DNA of 63,711 nucleotides, filler included, from Octopus bimaculoides (Eukaryota): assembly GCF_001194135.2 (NCBI RefSeq). It is 5 parts of 3 records of this genome, joined end to end, with 100 filler letters (N's around TTAATTAATTAA, not from the genome) between each part and the next. Parts side by side here need not be neighbours in the genome. Positions count along the whole stretch, not along the records: positions 50,623 to 60,548 come from NC_069001.1; positions 60,649 to 62,570 come from NC_069001.1; positions 62,671 to 63,711 come from NW_026397148.1; 2 more parts are not named here. The stretch is one strand, 5' to 3'. Below the pieces are notes generated by a model. It had not been told where the DNA came from and did no database searches. It saw only the letters and a list, made by a program, of their open reading frames with translations. Made by a program: the position numbers and the translations under genes. This document shows, piece after piece, positions 51,028-63,711 of this stretch. Every line of letters begins with the position of its first letter. The first letter of the stretch is position 1.

Positions 51028-52061
51028 CATACATATATATACATATATACATATAAATACATATATGCATATACACATACATATATTTACATATATATAT
51101 ATATATATANNNNNNNNNNNNNNNNNNNNNNNNNNNNNNNNNNNNNNNNNNNNNNNNNNNNNNNNNNNNNNNNNNNNNNNNNNNNNNNNNNNNNNNNNNN
51201 NNNNNNNNNNNNNNNNNNNNNNNNNNNNNNNNNNNNNNNNNNNNNNNNNNNNNNNNNNNNNNNNNNNNNNNNNNNNNNNNNNNNNNNNNNNNNNNNNNNN
51301 NNNNNNNNNNNNNNNNNNNNNNNNNNNNNNNNNNNNNNNNNNNNNNNNNNNNNNNNNNNNNNNNNNNNNNNNNNNNNNNNNNNNNNNNNNNNNNNNNNNN
51401 NNNNNNNNNNNNNNNNNNNNNNNNNNNNNNNNNNNNNNNNNNNNNNNNNNNNNNNNNNNNNNNNNNNNNNNNNNNNNNNNNNNNNNNNNNNNNNNNNNNN
51501 NNNNNNNNNNNNNNNNNNNNNNNNNNNNNNNNNNNNNNNNNNNNNNNNNNNNNNNNNNNNNNNNNNNNNNNNNNNNNNNNNNNNNNNNNNNNNNNNNNNN
51601 NNNNNNNNNNNNNNNNNNNNNNNNNNNNNNNNNNNNNNNNNNNNNNNNNNNNNNNNNNNNNNNNNNNNNNNNNNNNNNNNNNNNNNNNNNNNNNNNNNNN
51701 NNNNNNNNNNNNNNNNNNNNNNNNNNNNNNNNNNNNNNNNNNNNNNNNNNNNNNNNNNNNNNNNNNNNNNNNNNNNNNNNNNNNNNNNNNNNNNNNNNNN
51801 NNNNNNNNNNNNNNNNNNNNNNNNNNNNNNNNNNNNNNNNNNNNNNNNNNNNNNNNNNNNNNNNNNNNNNNNNNNNNNNNNNNNNNNNNNNNNNNNNNNN
51901 NNNNNNNNNNNNNNNNNNNNNNNNNNNNNNNNNNNNNNNNNNNNNNNNNNNNNNNNNNNNNNNNNNNNNNNNNNNNNNNNNNNNNNNNNNNNNNNNNNNN
52001 NNNNNNNNNNNNNNNNNNNNNNNTATATATATATATACATATATATATATATACATATATC

Positions 52062-52380
52062 ATCATCATTATCGTCGTTTAACGTCTGCTTTCCATGCTA
52101 GCATGGGTTGGGCGATTTGACTGAGGATTGGTGAACCAGATGGCTATACCAGGCTCCAATCTGATTTGGCAGAGTTTCTACAGCTGGATGCCCTTCCTAA
52201 TGCCAACCACTCCGAGAGTGTAGTGGGTGCTTTTACGTGCCACCGGAACGAAGGCCAGTCAGGCGGTAGTAACAACGGCCACACTCAAGATGGTGTATTC
52301 TATGTGCCACCTGCACAGCAGCCAGTCCAGCGGCACTGGCAATGACCTCGCTCGAATGTCTTTTCACATGCCACTGATGT
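52062..52380 (-). mobile_element. SINE-like interspersed repeat with (GAT) tail, probably RTE-mobilised
   Basis: Minus strand contains GGTTGGCATTAGGAAGGGCATCCAGC and ends GACGTTAAACGACGATAATGATGATG; internal GTGCCAC repeats. Confidence 0.55.
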
Positions 52381-52392
52381 ATGTCAGTAATA

Positions 52393-52620
52393 ATAGTAAT
52401 AATAGCAGCCATTAAGGCAGAACCTTTACCTTGCCAGGAAAAGTGCTTAGTGACATTCCTTCTGACTGTCCGTCCTGAGTTCAAAAACTGCTGGGGTTGA
52501 ATTTACCTTTCATCTTTCCAGAGTCAATAAAATAAATACCAGTTGAATAATGGGGTCAAAGTAATCGACTTACTCCATGCCCTGAAACTGCTGGCATTGT
52601 GCCAAGATTTGAAACCAATA
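52393..52620 (+). mobile_element. SINE family A, degenerate
   Basis: Similar to 2583-2800. Confidence 0.75.
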
Positions 52621-53282
52621 ATTGTCATTGTTGATTTTCATGGCTGAGTGAATTGTGTAAATTCTTGCAGCAAGTTGGATTTTAGCTATGCCACAACCAT
52701 TTTAGCAGTCATAGCATTCCATAACCAAAGTTGAATGGTATGTATTCCTGCAGTTCCTACAGGCATTGATCTTCGTTGTGTTACAGCTTCTGATCAGTTA
52801 CCAGACCAACCATCCACATGTAGCCATAGTCTGTCAAGGATGAAATCATTGAGATTTTAATATGTTGTTTCTCCAAAAATAGTTGTTTTACAATAAATTA
52901 TATTCTAACGAGTTAAGCAATCTACTGGGCCAGATCTATTGTATTTCTGTTGGTCATCACAGCAACTGATAAAAGCAAGTTCTTGATGTATCTGCAAGAG
53001 ATCTGAATGGCTAGTTGGTTGATGATGTCATCTATCCTTGACAGCATCCTGTTTGTTGCTTAGAGCTAATTCCACATCTGAATGCAGTGATTTTTGCTTC
53101 AGTTCCTAAGCAATGAATTGGTGTTTGGGTCTCTGCCAATATTCCTGCTATAAGTTATGAATTGAGGATTAGATTCGTCATAGTGCTGATAAGCATGATG
53201 GTAATCAAAAAGAAAGTCAGAAAACTCTATGGCAATTTGCTGAAAAAGGAAGGGTAAACTTCTTATGAAAGCCTTTTCTAAT

Positions 53283-53450
53283 GCAGGAGTGGCTGTGTGG
53301 TAAGTAGCTTACTTACCAACCACATGGTTCCGGGTTCAGTCCCACTGTGTGGCTCCTTGGGCAAGTGTCTTCTACTATAGCCTCGGGCCGACCAAAACCT
53401 TGTGAGTGGATTTGATAGACAGAAACTGAAAGAAGCCTGTTGTATATGTG
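53283..53450 (+). mobile_element. SINE family C, 5' half, well preserved
   Basis: GCAGGAGTGGCTGTGTGGTAAG..GGGTTCAGTCCCACT..GGGCAAGTGTCTTCTACTATAGCC. Confidence 0.9.
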
Positions 53451-53619
53451 TGTGTGTTTATGAACATCAAATGGCTATAGAGGTCCACCAGAATAAAATA
53501 GTAATCAAAGGGGTCCATAGATTAAAAAAAAATAAATTTTTAAGTTGAGAACCCCTAATCTAAACAGTGTTATTTTACTTTTACCAGCTGTTCAAGAAAA
53601 ATATATTTTTGTCAGCTGT

Positions 53620-53990
53620 TATTATGATATCAAGACTAACTCTGATGACTTCACCTGTGACTCTGCTGTTCAACGTGACTTAGCATTTTCTTTATAACTT
53701 TCAGTCACACCTTGTTACTTTAACTGTTCGTTTCTTCACTTCATTTAACATTCGTTCAAGCTCATGCGCTTCATTTCAGAAAATGATTACATAATCATCA
53801 AAGCATAAACAGCTCTAAAAATGATAGTTAATATCTAAATCTTTAGTTCTGCTTTTTTAGAATCCTAATTAAGCTTTCTAAAGATGTTTTTCAGTGCAAC
53901 ATTATAGAGGTTGGGAGGTAATATGTCTCTTTGTCTTACTCCTCTTGCAAAGGCATTGAACTAGCTGAGTCATTACAGCAAGAGATATGG
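53620..53990 (-). mobile_element. RTE-type reverse transcriptase remnant
   Basis: GVRQRDILPPNLYNVALKNIFRKL..CFDD..ELERMLNEV; may continue to about 52640 past the SINE. Confidence 0.7.
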
Positions 53991-53999
53991 AGCTGTTTT

Positions 54000-54170
54000 A
54001 GGTGCAAGTATGGTTTTGTGATTGAGGGGTTAGCTTTCTGACCACATGGTTCTGACTTCAATCTCACTATGTGACATTTTGGCCAAGTGTCTTCTGCTAT
54101 AGACCTGGGCCATCTAAAGTTTCCGAAGTGGGTTTCGTAGAAGGGAACTACAAAAAAAAGTTAGTCACTT
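54000..54170 (+). mobile_element. SINE family C, 5' half, degenerate
   Basis: Similar to 53283-53450. Confidence 0.65.
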
Positions 54171-54260
54171 ACAAACTCTGAGTGTGTGTGTGTGTGTGTG
54201 TGCGTGTGTGTGTGTACATAGGCGAGTAAAGATATTTGTGCTTGAAAAGACAGTCTGAGT

Positions 54261-54311
<51 letters not shown>

Positions 54312-54639
54312 AATGAAACTAAAAACTTGACAACATTATTAATGAGACTAAAACCTAATCAAACACACCAACAAAACCCAAACAAAACAAAACACACAAA
54401 AGACTCACACAAAGAACACAGTAAAAATATGTACCGTTTCCACAGACCACACACAAGGTCTTTCCAGTCGATCTCTATGCACTTAACAATCTATTGTTCT
54501 CCACTAGAATGGTTAAGTTTTAATGGAGTTTCCAATGGGGCTTTGTTTTTCTATCAGATGGCAATTGTGTAATCTTGTTTGTTTGAAAATAGCTACTGTC
54601 TGGCATTTAGCTGCTATTTTACTACATGTATGTGCGTGC

Positions 54640-54697
<58 letters not shown>

Positions 54698-54985
54698 CTG
54701 TCTGCCTGTCTGCCTGTCTGTTTGTGTCTGCGTACTTAGTTCAATTGNNNNNNNNNNNNNNNNNNNNNNNNNNNNNNNNNNNNNNNNNNNNNNNNNNNNN
54801 NNNNNNNNNNNNNNNNNNNNNNNNNNNNNNNNNNNNNNNNNNNNNNNNNNNNNNNNNNNNNNNNNNNNNNNNNNNNNNNNNNNNNNNNNNNNNNNNNNNN
54901 NNNNNNNNNNNNNNNNNNNNNNNNNNNNNNNNNNNNNNNNNNNNNNNNNNNNNNNNNNNNNNNNNNNNNNNNNNNNTATATATAT

Positions 54986-55024
<39 letters not shown>

Positions 55025-55824
55025 CGAGCTTGCACACGCTCACATGCTCATACCGAACAGTTTCGAAACAACGCCAGATCATACATTCAAAATAAATGGA
55101 AGTGGAGAGACAAGTTACTGAAGAGATTGCAAGAGTGCAATGAAATAATTTAACAAAAAACTATATAAATTAATAAAGGACTGAACCAGTGCGTGTGTTT
55201 ATTACCGGCATAATGCCTCTCCCAAGGTTTAATTGTATATATATATGTATATATATCTATATGTGTATACATGTATGTATGTATATATATATGTGTGTAT
55301 ATATATGTATATAAACATATATATGAATACATATATATATGCATATACATATATGTATATGTATATATATCATTTCATATACGCAACTTACAAAAGAGCT
55401 ATGCTACTAATAGTTGCATGTTTTAAAGACACGATAAATTGACAGATTTACTTATTTCTCACTGGATGGAGTACATATTTTTTTTTTGGTCCTACATATA
55501 ACGGAACCAGCCCAAGTTTCCTAAGTGAAAAATAGAATTCTGTCAAAAGTATTCTTAAGGTCACCAAATACTTGGAATCTGTGACTTTTCCTTAGCTGAG
55601 TACTTTTCTAACTGATGTCTCATGAGAAAGATGATATCAGTAGTACCTCTCTTTGGCACAAAGCCAAACTGCGTATCACCTTGGTTAATTCTCATCCTGA
55701 TCAATCAGTCAATGCATACATACATACATACATACATACATGCAGAGAGACGGACAGACAGACATACAAACAGAGAGACGTGCATAATGCATACAGAAAT
55801 TTATACATGCATAATACATATATA

Positions 55825-55877
<53 letters not shown>

Positions 55878-56440
55878 GTGTACATATGTATATATACATA
55901 CACATATATGTGTGTATATATATATATATATGTTATACAAACATTGACACATACACATACGCACATACACATGCACGTACTTATTCATACATATGTTAGT
56001 ATGTGCATATGTATTTACTCACATACATATGTGTATACATAAATGCATATATATGTATATGAAGATACACATGTGTGTGTGTGTTTGTGTGCATATGTAC
56101 ACACACACACGCACACACACACACAGACACACACACATTATAATGCACCACTACATAAAAATAAACCAAAAAACGTTTGTCCTCGTTACCTGACATGCCA
56201 CAGAATGGCGAAACTCCAACTTGCAATGTGATATTCTAACCTACTTGTGTGTGTGTGTGTGTGTGTATGCACACAAGTATGCTCAGAAATGCAAAAGAAG
56301 AAGGGAAAAAAATAGTACTCGAATACCAAAGGTAGAGCAATATGCTGTTTAATAAAGCTGAAAAAAATTCTTCACAAAAAACTGTTGCCCAGAGTTTCAC
56401 ATTACTATTCATTATCAGACAGTTGTGATGATAAAATAAT

Positions 56441-56490
<50 letters not shown>

Positions 56491-56571
56491 NNNNNNNNNN
56501 NNNNNNNNNNNNNNNNNNNNNNNNNNNNNNNNNNNNNNNNNNNNNNNNNNNNNNNNNNNNNNNNNNNNNNN

Positions 56572-56616
<45 letters not shown>

Positions 56617-56821
56617 GTATATATATGTGTATATATATGTGTATATATATACATATATATGTGTGTGTGTTCATACGTTAATGTATGTATATGCATGTGT
56701 GTGTGTGTGTGTGTTCATGCGTTAATGTATACATATGCATGTATGTGTGTGTGTGCACGTATGTATATAGTTATGTGTATATATGTGTGTGTGTGTGTGT
56801 GTAAACATATATATATATATT

Positions 56822-56871
<50 letters not shown>

Positions 56872-57244
56872 CAAACATATATATGCATGTATTTGATATT
56901 TGTCTTATCAGTTTACAGCGTCACATTACATCTTGTCTTTTAAAAATAACATACAAATATATCTTCTTTTTTTTTTTCTCTCTTTCATTTTGGCAATTAT
57001 TTCCAAAGCAATTATAACTGTGCATTTAAGCATTAACACAACTTATCTAACGACAGTCTATATAAATACTCTCGCGGATGTGAAAAACGTAATCGCACAA
57101 CCCTCATCCTCTTTTTAGTATTCAGCTTGCAAGATTCTTGAAGTGAGCATGTTTAGTGAAATGTATTTTGTTTTAATTTAGGAGAGTCATTATGCCAATA
57201 AAAACACACACACTGGTTATATTTCCCTTCCCTTATCATCATCA

Positions 57245-57450
57245 TCATCATCATCATCATTATTATTATTGAGAGAGAGAACAATGCACACCATCAAAGT
57301 GACCCTGGGCTACAAATATACGAAGTCCAATATACCCATCATGACTACCCGTCTGATAAGGATACACCAGGCACATGCATCACAAATATATGTGCACGAC
57401 ATGGGGATCCCATATCAAGATAAACAGTACATGATCTTGCAGGTGGAGCC
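57245..57450 (-). repeat. Interspersed repeat 3' end with (TAA)(GAT) tail
   Basis: Unique-looking body running into CAATAATAATAATGATGAT; family unassigned. Confidence 0.45.
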
Positions 57451-57650
57451 CAGTTAAAATTTTCTTCTGATGCCATGCAGTTGTCAATGAATGGTTGAAT
57501 GACCAAAGCCAAGCTTCTCTACTAGTTCCTCAGCAGTTATGATGGGATTTTGTTCCAACAGGGTTTGCAGGACGTTTTTATCAAGCTCTACATATCTTCA
57601 AGGAAGAGGCTCGTCTTCTAGTCTGTAGTTTCACCAAACTTTACACATAC
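57451..57650 (-). mobile_element. Mariner transposase N-terminal fragment
   Basis: LEDEP..VELDKNVLQTLLEQNPIITAEELVEKLGFGHSTIH (HTH2-like). Confidence 0.75.
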
Positions 57651-58199
57651 ATTACTTATGTCCCAAGGATGGTCATGCATTAAACATTTTGCCCAGAGCT
57701 CCCATGTAAATGGACCTAAATGGACATAGTTTTTTGACTAAGAGAACCGTACATGATGAATATCCAATACCAAACAATCTTAATCTCCTTATTTAAACTG
57801 CATTAAACTTTGGCAGGCTTACCTTTACCTATTCTCAGTTATGTTCCCTTCCCTTATCTTTTAGGGGTCATTATTGTATTGTCATAGCCATTTTACTTGT
57901 ATTTTGCTTAATATATATTTTTTAATGATTAGAAATACTCATCCTCTCTCTTTCCCCTCTTTAACTTTGTCCCTCTCTGTCTCTGTATGTCTCTCCCTGT
58001 CTCTCTTTCTCTATCTCTTTATTCTATCCTCTCTCTCTCTGTCTCTCTCACTCTTTCTTTCTCCTGCTTGTGTAATACAGCCACCTTTTTCTGTATGTAT
58101 TTTCTTGCTTGTGTAACTCATGTAATATTTTCTTTTCAAGTGACCTTGTGGCAGGTAAAAAAAAATTAAATTAAAATAAATAACTAAAAATTTCATTAT

Positions 58200-58216
58200 C
58201 ATCACTGCCACTGCCA

Positions 58217-58250
<34 letters not shown>

Positions 58251-58420
58251 CAACAGCACTACCACCACCACCACCACCACCACCATCACCACCACTAACA
58301 ATAAGAACAAACTACCACTGTCATCAGCACCACCACCACTGCCACCACTACCACAACCACCACCACCATCACCAACTCAACCCCACCACCACCACCACCA
58401 CTGCAAACGTCATCATCATC
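58200..58420. repeat. (CAC)/(CAA) trinucleotide tract
   Basis: Direct reading. Confidence 0.9.
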
Positions 58421-59152
58421 NNNNNNNNNNNNNNNNNNNNNNNNNNNNNNNNNNNNNNNNNNNNNNNNNNNNNNNNNNNNNNNNNNNNNNNNNNNNNNNN
58501 NNNNNNNNNNNNNNNNNNNNNNNNNNNNNNNNNNNNNNNNNNNNNNNNNNNNNNNNNNNNNNNNNNNNNNNNNNNNNNNNNNNNNNNNNNNNNNNNNNNN
58601 NNNNNNNNNNNNNNNNNNNNNNNNNNNNNNNNNNNNNNNNNNNNNNNNNNNNNNNNNNNNNNNNNNNNNNNNNNNNNNNNNNNNNNNNNNNNNNNNNNNN
58701 NNNNNNNNNNNNNNNNNNNNNNNNNNNNNNNNNNNNNNNNNNNNNNNNNNNNNNNNNNNNNNNNNNNNNNNNNNNNNNNNNNNNNNNNNNNNNNNNNNNN
58801 NNNNNNNNNNNNNNNNNNNNNNNNNNNNNNNNNNNNNNNNNNNNNNNNNNNNNNNNNNNNNNNNNNNNNNNNNNNNNNNNNNNNNNNNNNNNNNNNNNNN
58901 NNNNNNNNNNNNNNNNNNNNNNNNNNNNNNNNNNNNNNNNNNNNNNNNNNNNNNNNNNNNNNNNNNNNNNNNNNNNNNNNNNNNNNNNNNNNNNNNNNNN
59001 NNNNNNNNNNATTTACTGAAAATTGCAAAGGGAAGCTTGAGAGTTGAGAGTTTCATGTGTAGCACTTAATGTGGCAAAATGTAGCAGCCCTTGGCATGAC
59101 TTTGACAATTACAACTTTTTCCTGATTAACACATTATACATACATGCATATA

Positions 59153-59214
<62 letters not shown>

Positions 59215-59689
59215 TATATACACATATATATATATATACTTAGATAAAATACCGTCCAGAATTGTCAACTTTTACATATACCTCACATAACTATGATATC
59301 TACATAAGGAATCAAAATAAAGGGATAAGCAGATATGCTTCAAGAAGACACAACTTAGATTCTAACCCTATCTACATGAAACGTGTGTGTGTGTGTGTTT
59401 GTGTTTGTGTGTGTGAGTGTGTGTGCGCGTATGTATGACTTAATGCACTCAATGTGTAAAAATGAAGCCACACAGGTTTCAGCTCTAGTGTTAATCATGA
59501 CTTGTCCACACAGGTTGTCCATATTCAAAGGTTTGCTATGACTTAATATAAAGAGCACAGCAATAATAAGAGAAAAGAACATAGGCTTGAACTTGGTACA
59601 TCTTTATTTCATTAGTTACATATATGTTTCAGTATTTAGCAACACATGATCTTGTACTCTCAACGGAATCTGTTGATGCATTCTATAGG

Positions 59690-60368
59690 GTGAGCATGGT
59701 GAGCAAATTCATGGTCTGTCAGTTATAGAGGAAATACAAGTATGAGACCAGCAGCAGCCAAATTCAATATGCAATGGTAAAGTTTCCTTCTCGAGTCATA
59801 TTGACTCATAAGGGCTGGTTTTCTGGTTTCCATGGAATACACATCCAGCGCATTCATCTGCAGTATTGCGCATCGAGAATTTGTCCCCCAAGGCCTTACC
59901 ATCAATCGAGAGTTCTACTGCAACGTTTTGAACTGTTTGAGGGTTGATATTCGGTGAAAGCAACTGAATCTCTGAAGAATTGGATTTTTCACGACGACAA
60001 TGCACCCTGTCCCCAAGCTCTCTTCACTTATGGGTTTCTTGCCAGAATCAACATGGTTTTGCTTCCATGCCCTCCCTGTTCACCAGATATAGAACTTACA
60101 GACTTCCACCACTTTCTCAAGATCAAAAGGCAGCTCAAAGGGTACCGTTTTAATACCATTGTTGAGATCAAAAGTGAACTGCAGTAGGTCCTTGACTCGC
60201 TTATGGAAAACGACTCCCAGACCTGATTCCAAAAGAGCCAGAAACATTGGGACCAATGTATTGTTGCACAAGGGGACTATTTCAAAGGAGATGAGATTAA
60301 AACTTAGGTAAATAAGTTATTTTTTTTATTAGACATAACTAACCTGGGAACTTTTTAATACCACCTTG
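59690..60368 (+). mobile_element. 5'-truncated mariner, a family distinct from 7246-8462
   Basis: WIFHDDNAP, CSPDIELTDFHHFLKIKRQLKGYRF; terminal GGAACTTTTTAATACCACCTTG then TA. Confidence 0.85.
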
Positions 60369-60494
60369 TATAAGTGAGCAAGTACATAATTACTCCTCCT
60401 GTACCACCTTCTGAATGAGATAATCCATTGCAGGGTTCACATCCTCATCCCTAGCTGTTACACAAACACACCTATCTATATACAAATATATGTA

Positions 60495-60548
<54 letters not shown>

Positions 60549-60648
60549 NNNNNNNNNNNNNNNNNNNNNNNNNNNNNNNNNNNNNNNNNNNNTTAATTAA
60601 TTAANNNNNNNNNNNNNNNNNNNNNNNNNNNNNNNNNNNNNNNNNNNN
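60549..60648. other. Artificial scaffold spacer
   Basis: N44-TTAATTAATTAA-N44. Confidence 0.97.
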
Positions 60649-60894
60649 GATCCCTATGGATCACACAGGTTGTAATCCTTTGAAACATATGTAGGAATAA
60701 AGTATGCAATTATAACATGCGTTTTCTCCATTCCTTAAATTCTTAAATATATATTTTTATATATACATATATATATATATATATATGAATTTAAGTTACA
60801 ACATATGGATTTGATTAATCCAGTGTGTGTGTGTGTGTGTGTGTGTGTGTACAGTTTGGCAATGCTAACAGGAATATAGATCTTAAAAGATGAG

Positions 60895-62030
60895 CATATT
60901 CTTTTACTCTTTTACATGTTTCAGCCTAAAAGTTGTGGCCAAGCTAGGGCACTGCTAGTATCATCACCCTTACAATGGCCCTTTCTATGTAGCTGGGTTG
61001 TGATGAATGAGGGAGTTTGATTCTGCTGCCCTTGTTTGAGTTTTTTTTGTTGTGATGAAGATTCATCAGGAATCTTGGACAGCAGAAGGTCAAGGTGCTT
61101 CCTAAAAACATCTACCCTCCCATCCACCCCCACTCCATGTAGATGTCTCTAGTATTTTGGCAAGATATCAAATAATTGTAAACCTTTGAATCCCAAGCTA
61201 TTGCAGTGCCTGCTAACTCTAGGCAAGGTGGGTAGGATCTTTGGAACAGTGCCTTGGAGTCCTGTTTGGGGAATGGTATAAATCTCAATGCCAAAGTTTG
61301 GTGCCAGCCCCTCTATGATCTTCCATATGTTTAGAAGATCATGTGTATGATTTTTCAAATGCATATCTCTCCTGTTTTCAATCCAAGGAGTAGAGTCATA
61401 ATACATTTGGTGCCTCCAGTAACTCAAGTGTTTTACTGATGCAATCTTCTTAGTGTAACACCACTGAACTGTGTCAAGTTCCACAATTAAATTAACACTG
61501 TAGGGTGACCATAGTTGAGAACAGTAGTAGAGACAGCTGAGGACAAATGTCCTCTATAAGACCAGCAGAGTTTCCCACTCCCTTGTTCTGAAAGTTTTGA
61601 GAATCCAGCTGGCCACTCACCGTATATTGCTACCATCTTGATGATATGCACATGGCACAATGCTCTTATCAGATGACACACTGTGTTCGACTCTGGGATT
61701 GCCACTCCTTTCAGTCCAAAATATTTTTATTGCAGTCTGTTAGCACAAGAAAGCTGATAGAGGAGAGTTTGGAGTGTTCCTGTATCAAATTGCATGTTGT
61801 TTTCTTCAGTCCATCTCTGGCATCTAGATCTTTCTATCAAAGATTAGCCTCAAGAGGGTTCCCAACTGCTGTACCACTTTTGTGTCATCTTAAAAGTTAG
61901 TAAGACTGGCTGCCTGTTTAACTGATTGCATGTCTTTACAAAAAATAGCAGCCCCAAGATAGTTCTCTTAGGCACTCCACTTACTGACAATGTGTCCTTG
62001 GAGAGGGCTCCATTGGCTGGTACAGCCTGG
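60895..62030 (-). mobile_element. CR1-like LINE, RT domains 4-5 to 3' end, decayed
   Basis: SGVPKRTILGLLF, xDDTK, LDTVQWCYTKKI, WKIIEGLAPN, CNSLGFKG; tail matches SINE C. Confidence 0.88.
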
Positions 62031-62474
62031 CTTCTGTCTATTAAGAAAATATGCGTGCATGCGAAAATATGCGCATATTGACGCATTTTAACCTTGTAGC
62101 TTTTTCACACTTTCTTCTGTATTTTGCTTTTAGCCCTGTGGTTTTTTTTTGCGTGTGTGTGTATGGGTGCGAGGGTGTTGAGTGCACATGTGTGTGTGGG
62201 TGTGTATGCGGGTATGTATAGGTTTATGTATATATATACATAGTTTTTGGCGAGTATGTGGGTGAGCATGTGTGTTTCAAGCGAGGGTGGTTTAGTATAT
62301 ACATATAGGCGAATGTACGGATTGGTGCGCTTACGCGAACACTATAGACTTCTCTACTCCCTTACTTTTAACCTCTCCCCTTACTTAGCAGTCCATAGCT
62401 CTTTTGTCTTAATAATGGTCAACCACACAGTAATTTCCTTTTGTTTAACAGTCATTTTTCACAGGAATTTTCAA

Positions 62475-62548
62475 TGGCCGGAAAACTGAAGAGATGGCGG
62501 TGTGGGTTCCCACCCCGGCATCCGAAACTCGGAGTTTTATCATGGCTA
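62475..62548 (+). ncRNA. Type I hammerhead ribozyme candidate, near canonical
   Basis: CTGAAGA core at 62486-62492, G-C closed long stem II, GAAA at 62524-62527, stem III ACTC-G-GAGT, GUU site, extended stem I. Confidence 0.7.
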
Positions 62549-62570
62549 CCGAATAAGTGTCACATATTTC

Positions 62571-62670
62571 NNNNNNNNNNNNNNNNNNNNNNNNNNNNNN
62601 NNNNNNNNNNNNNNTTAATTAATTAANNNNNNNNNNNNNNNNNNNNNNNNNNNNNNNNNNNNNNNNNNNN
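62571..62670. other. Artificial scaffold spacer
   Basis: N44-TTAATTAATTAA-N44. Confidence 0.97.
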
Positions 62671-62742
62671 ATTCCACATTCGAGTTACCTCTATTTCCAG
62701 GTCTTTGCATTTTGAAAGTTACTCCATTTCTTTTAGAGAAAC

Positions 62743-62830
62743 GTTGTCATCTGCTGGTGACTATACAAATGCATCGCAGATAGACGCTGGGTTAGTTGGT
62801 CGAAACTTCGAAGTCACTGTGAACAACATC
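62743..62830 (+). ncRNA. Degenerate hammerhead-like motif
   Basis: CTGCTGG-T-GACTA..TGGTC-GAAA-CTTCGAAG-TC; 10-nt palindrome ACTTCGAAGT followed by C. Confidence 0.45.
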
Positions 62831-63020
62831 CTTGTAGAAGAATAATGTGTGTGTGCTGTGTACACACACAAACGCGCGCGCACATACGTACATACATACA
62901 CACACACACACACACAAGACATGCACACATGATATATATCAAAATATATAAGTGTGTGCGCACGTGTGTTTGCGTCTGCGTGTGTGTTTGCGTGTATGTG
63001 CGTCTGTGTGTGTGCGTTTG

Positions 63021-63080
63021 TGTATGTGAGTTTGCATGTGTGTATGTGAGTTTGCATTTGTGTATGTGAGTTTGCATGTC
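63021..63080. repeat. 20-bp tandem repeat TGTATGTGAGTTTGCATGTG x3
   Basis: Direct reading; one mismatch in each of copies 2 and 3. Confidence 0.95.
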
Positions 63081-63711
63081 GATGTGTGTGCATGTGTGTG
63101 TTTGCGTGTGTGTGTGCTTGTGTATGTTTGTGTGTGTGTATGTGTGCGTTCGCGTGCACGTGTCTGAGTCTATTATTCGTACTTATTTCATTGATCCTTG
63201 GAAGATGATAGACGAAATTTACACCACTTCAAAATAGGAACAAAGTTTGTAATAAAATTAACTAAAAACCATCAACTGTTTTGTCTAACTCTCTTGACAA
63301 AAACGACCACCACCTATTAATGTAGGAAGTCAAGATACTAAAACACATTAGTCGTATTAAATAAAACGTACCTGTCAATTCACTGAAAGCGTAGAACGAA
63401 GCGCTAAAGGTGCTGCCATATGGACTTCACCGAACGAAGGACTGTATTACACCTGTATTTATACAAACTTCGAAATACCATTTCAATTCAGGGCCGAACA
63501 GAGCCGTCATATTTTATATCCTGTTATAATATGAGTAAGAGATTATAAAGAAGAATGAGGTGAATAATAAATTCTTTTGTTATGATTCTGGTAAATACGT
63601 TTTTATTTTATTAGAACATCTTTTTCACAATAGAATTTCTTAGTCAGCAAAATAAACCTCGAACACGGATTTGATTAATCACTGTCAATGTCCGCATTCC
63701 TATTCCTAAAC

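Noticed and set aside
50779-52120. ORFs of 300-425 aa here and similar ones near 10240, 31308, 37798, 48612 and 58295
   Set aside because: Made of N-gaps and microsatellites.
56185-56227. Hammerhead-like GTTAC-CTGACAT-GCCA-CAGAA-TGGC-GAAA-CTCCAAC-TT-GCAAT
   Set aside because: Stem II is perfect but the core lacks G8 and stems I and III have mismatches; cannot be told from chance by eye.
58141-58154. Apparent 14-nt microexon with strong acceptor and CAG|GTAAAA
   Set aside because: CCTTGTGGCA followed by an A-run also occurs near 6710, suggesting a repeat 3' end rather than an exon.

Overview
Repeat-saturated, AT-rich eukaryotic DNA. The SINE families, the TACA/TA/TAA/CA microsatellite load and the LINE content look like an octopus genome (inference, no database search). 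I find no intact protein-coding gene, rRNA, tRNA gene or CRISPR array; almost all long ORFs in the track are translated microsatellites, N-gaps or antisense transposon sequence. The window is mostly decayed transposons: three mariner remnants, Tc1 and Tigger/pogo-like pieces, a bounded Chapaev3-like deletion derivative, a 91-bp Helitron, RTE, CR1-like, R4/Dong-like and Penelope-like retroelements, and many tRNA-derived SINE copies. The most interesting signals are (1) about five hammerhead-ribozyme-like motifs of the Penelope type, one nearly canonical at 62475-62548; (2) two R4/Dong-like elements in different microsatellites, TAA and TACA; (3) a 3' hairpin shared by a CR1-like LINE and a SINE, with compensatory changes; (4) several long inverted repeats; (5) a candidate 25-nt microexon. 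There are many N-gaps and four artificial 100-bp scaffold spacers, so adjacency across 27878-27977, 50523-50622, 60549-60648 and 62571-62670 is not guaranteed. All alignments and folds were done by eye, and boundaries of old repeats are approximate.
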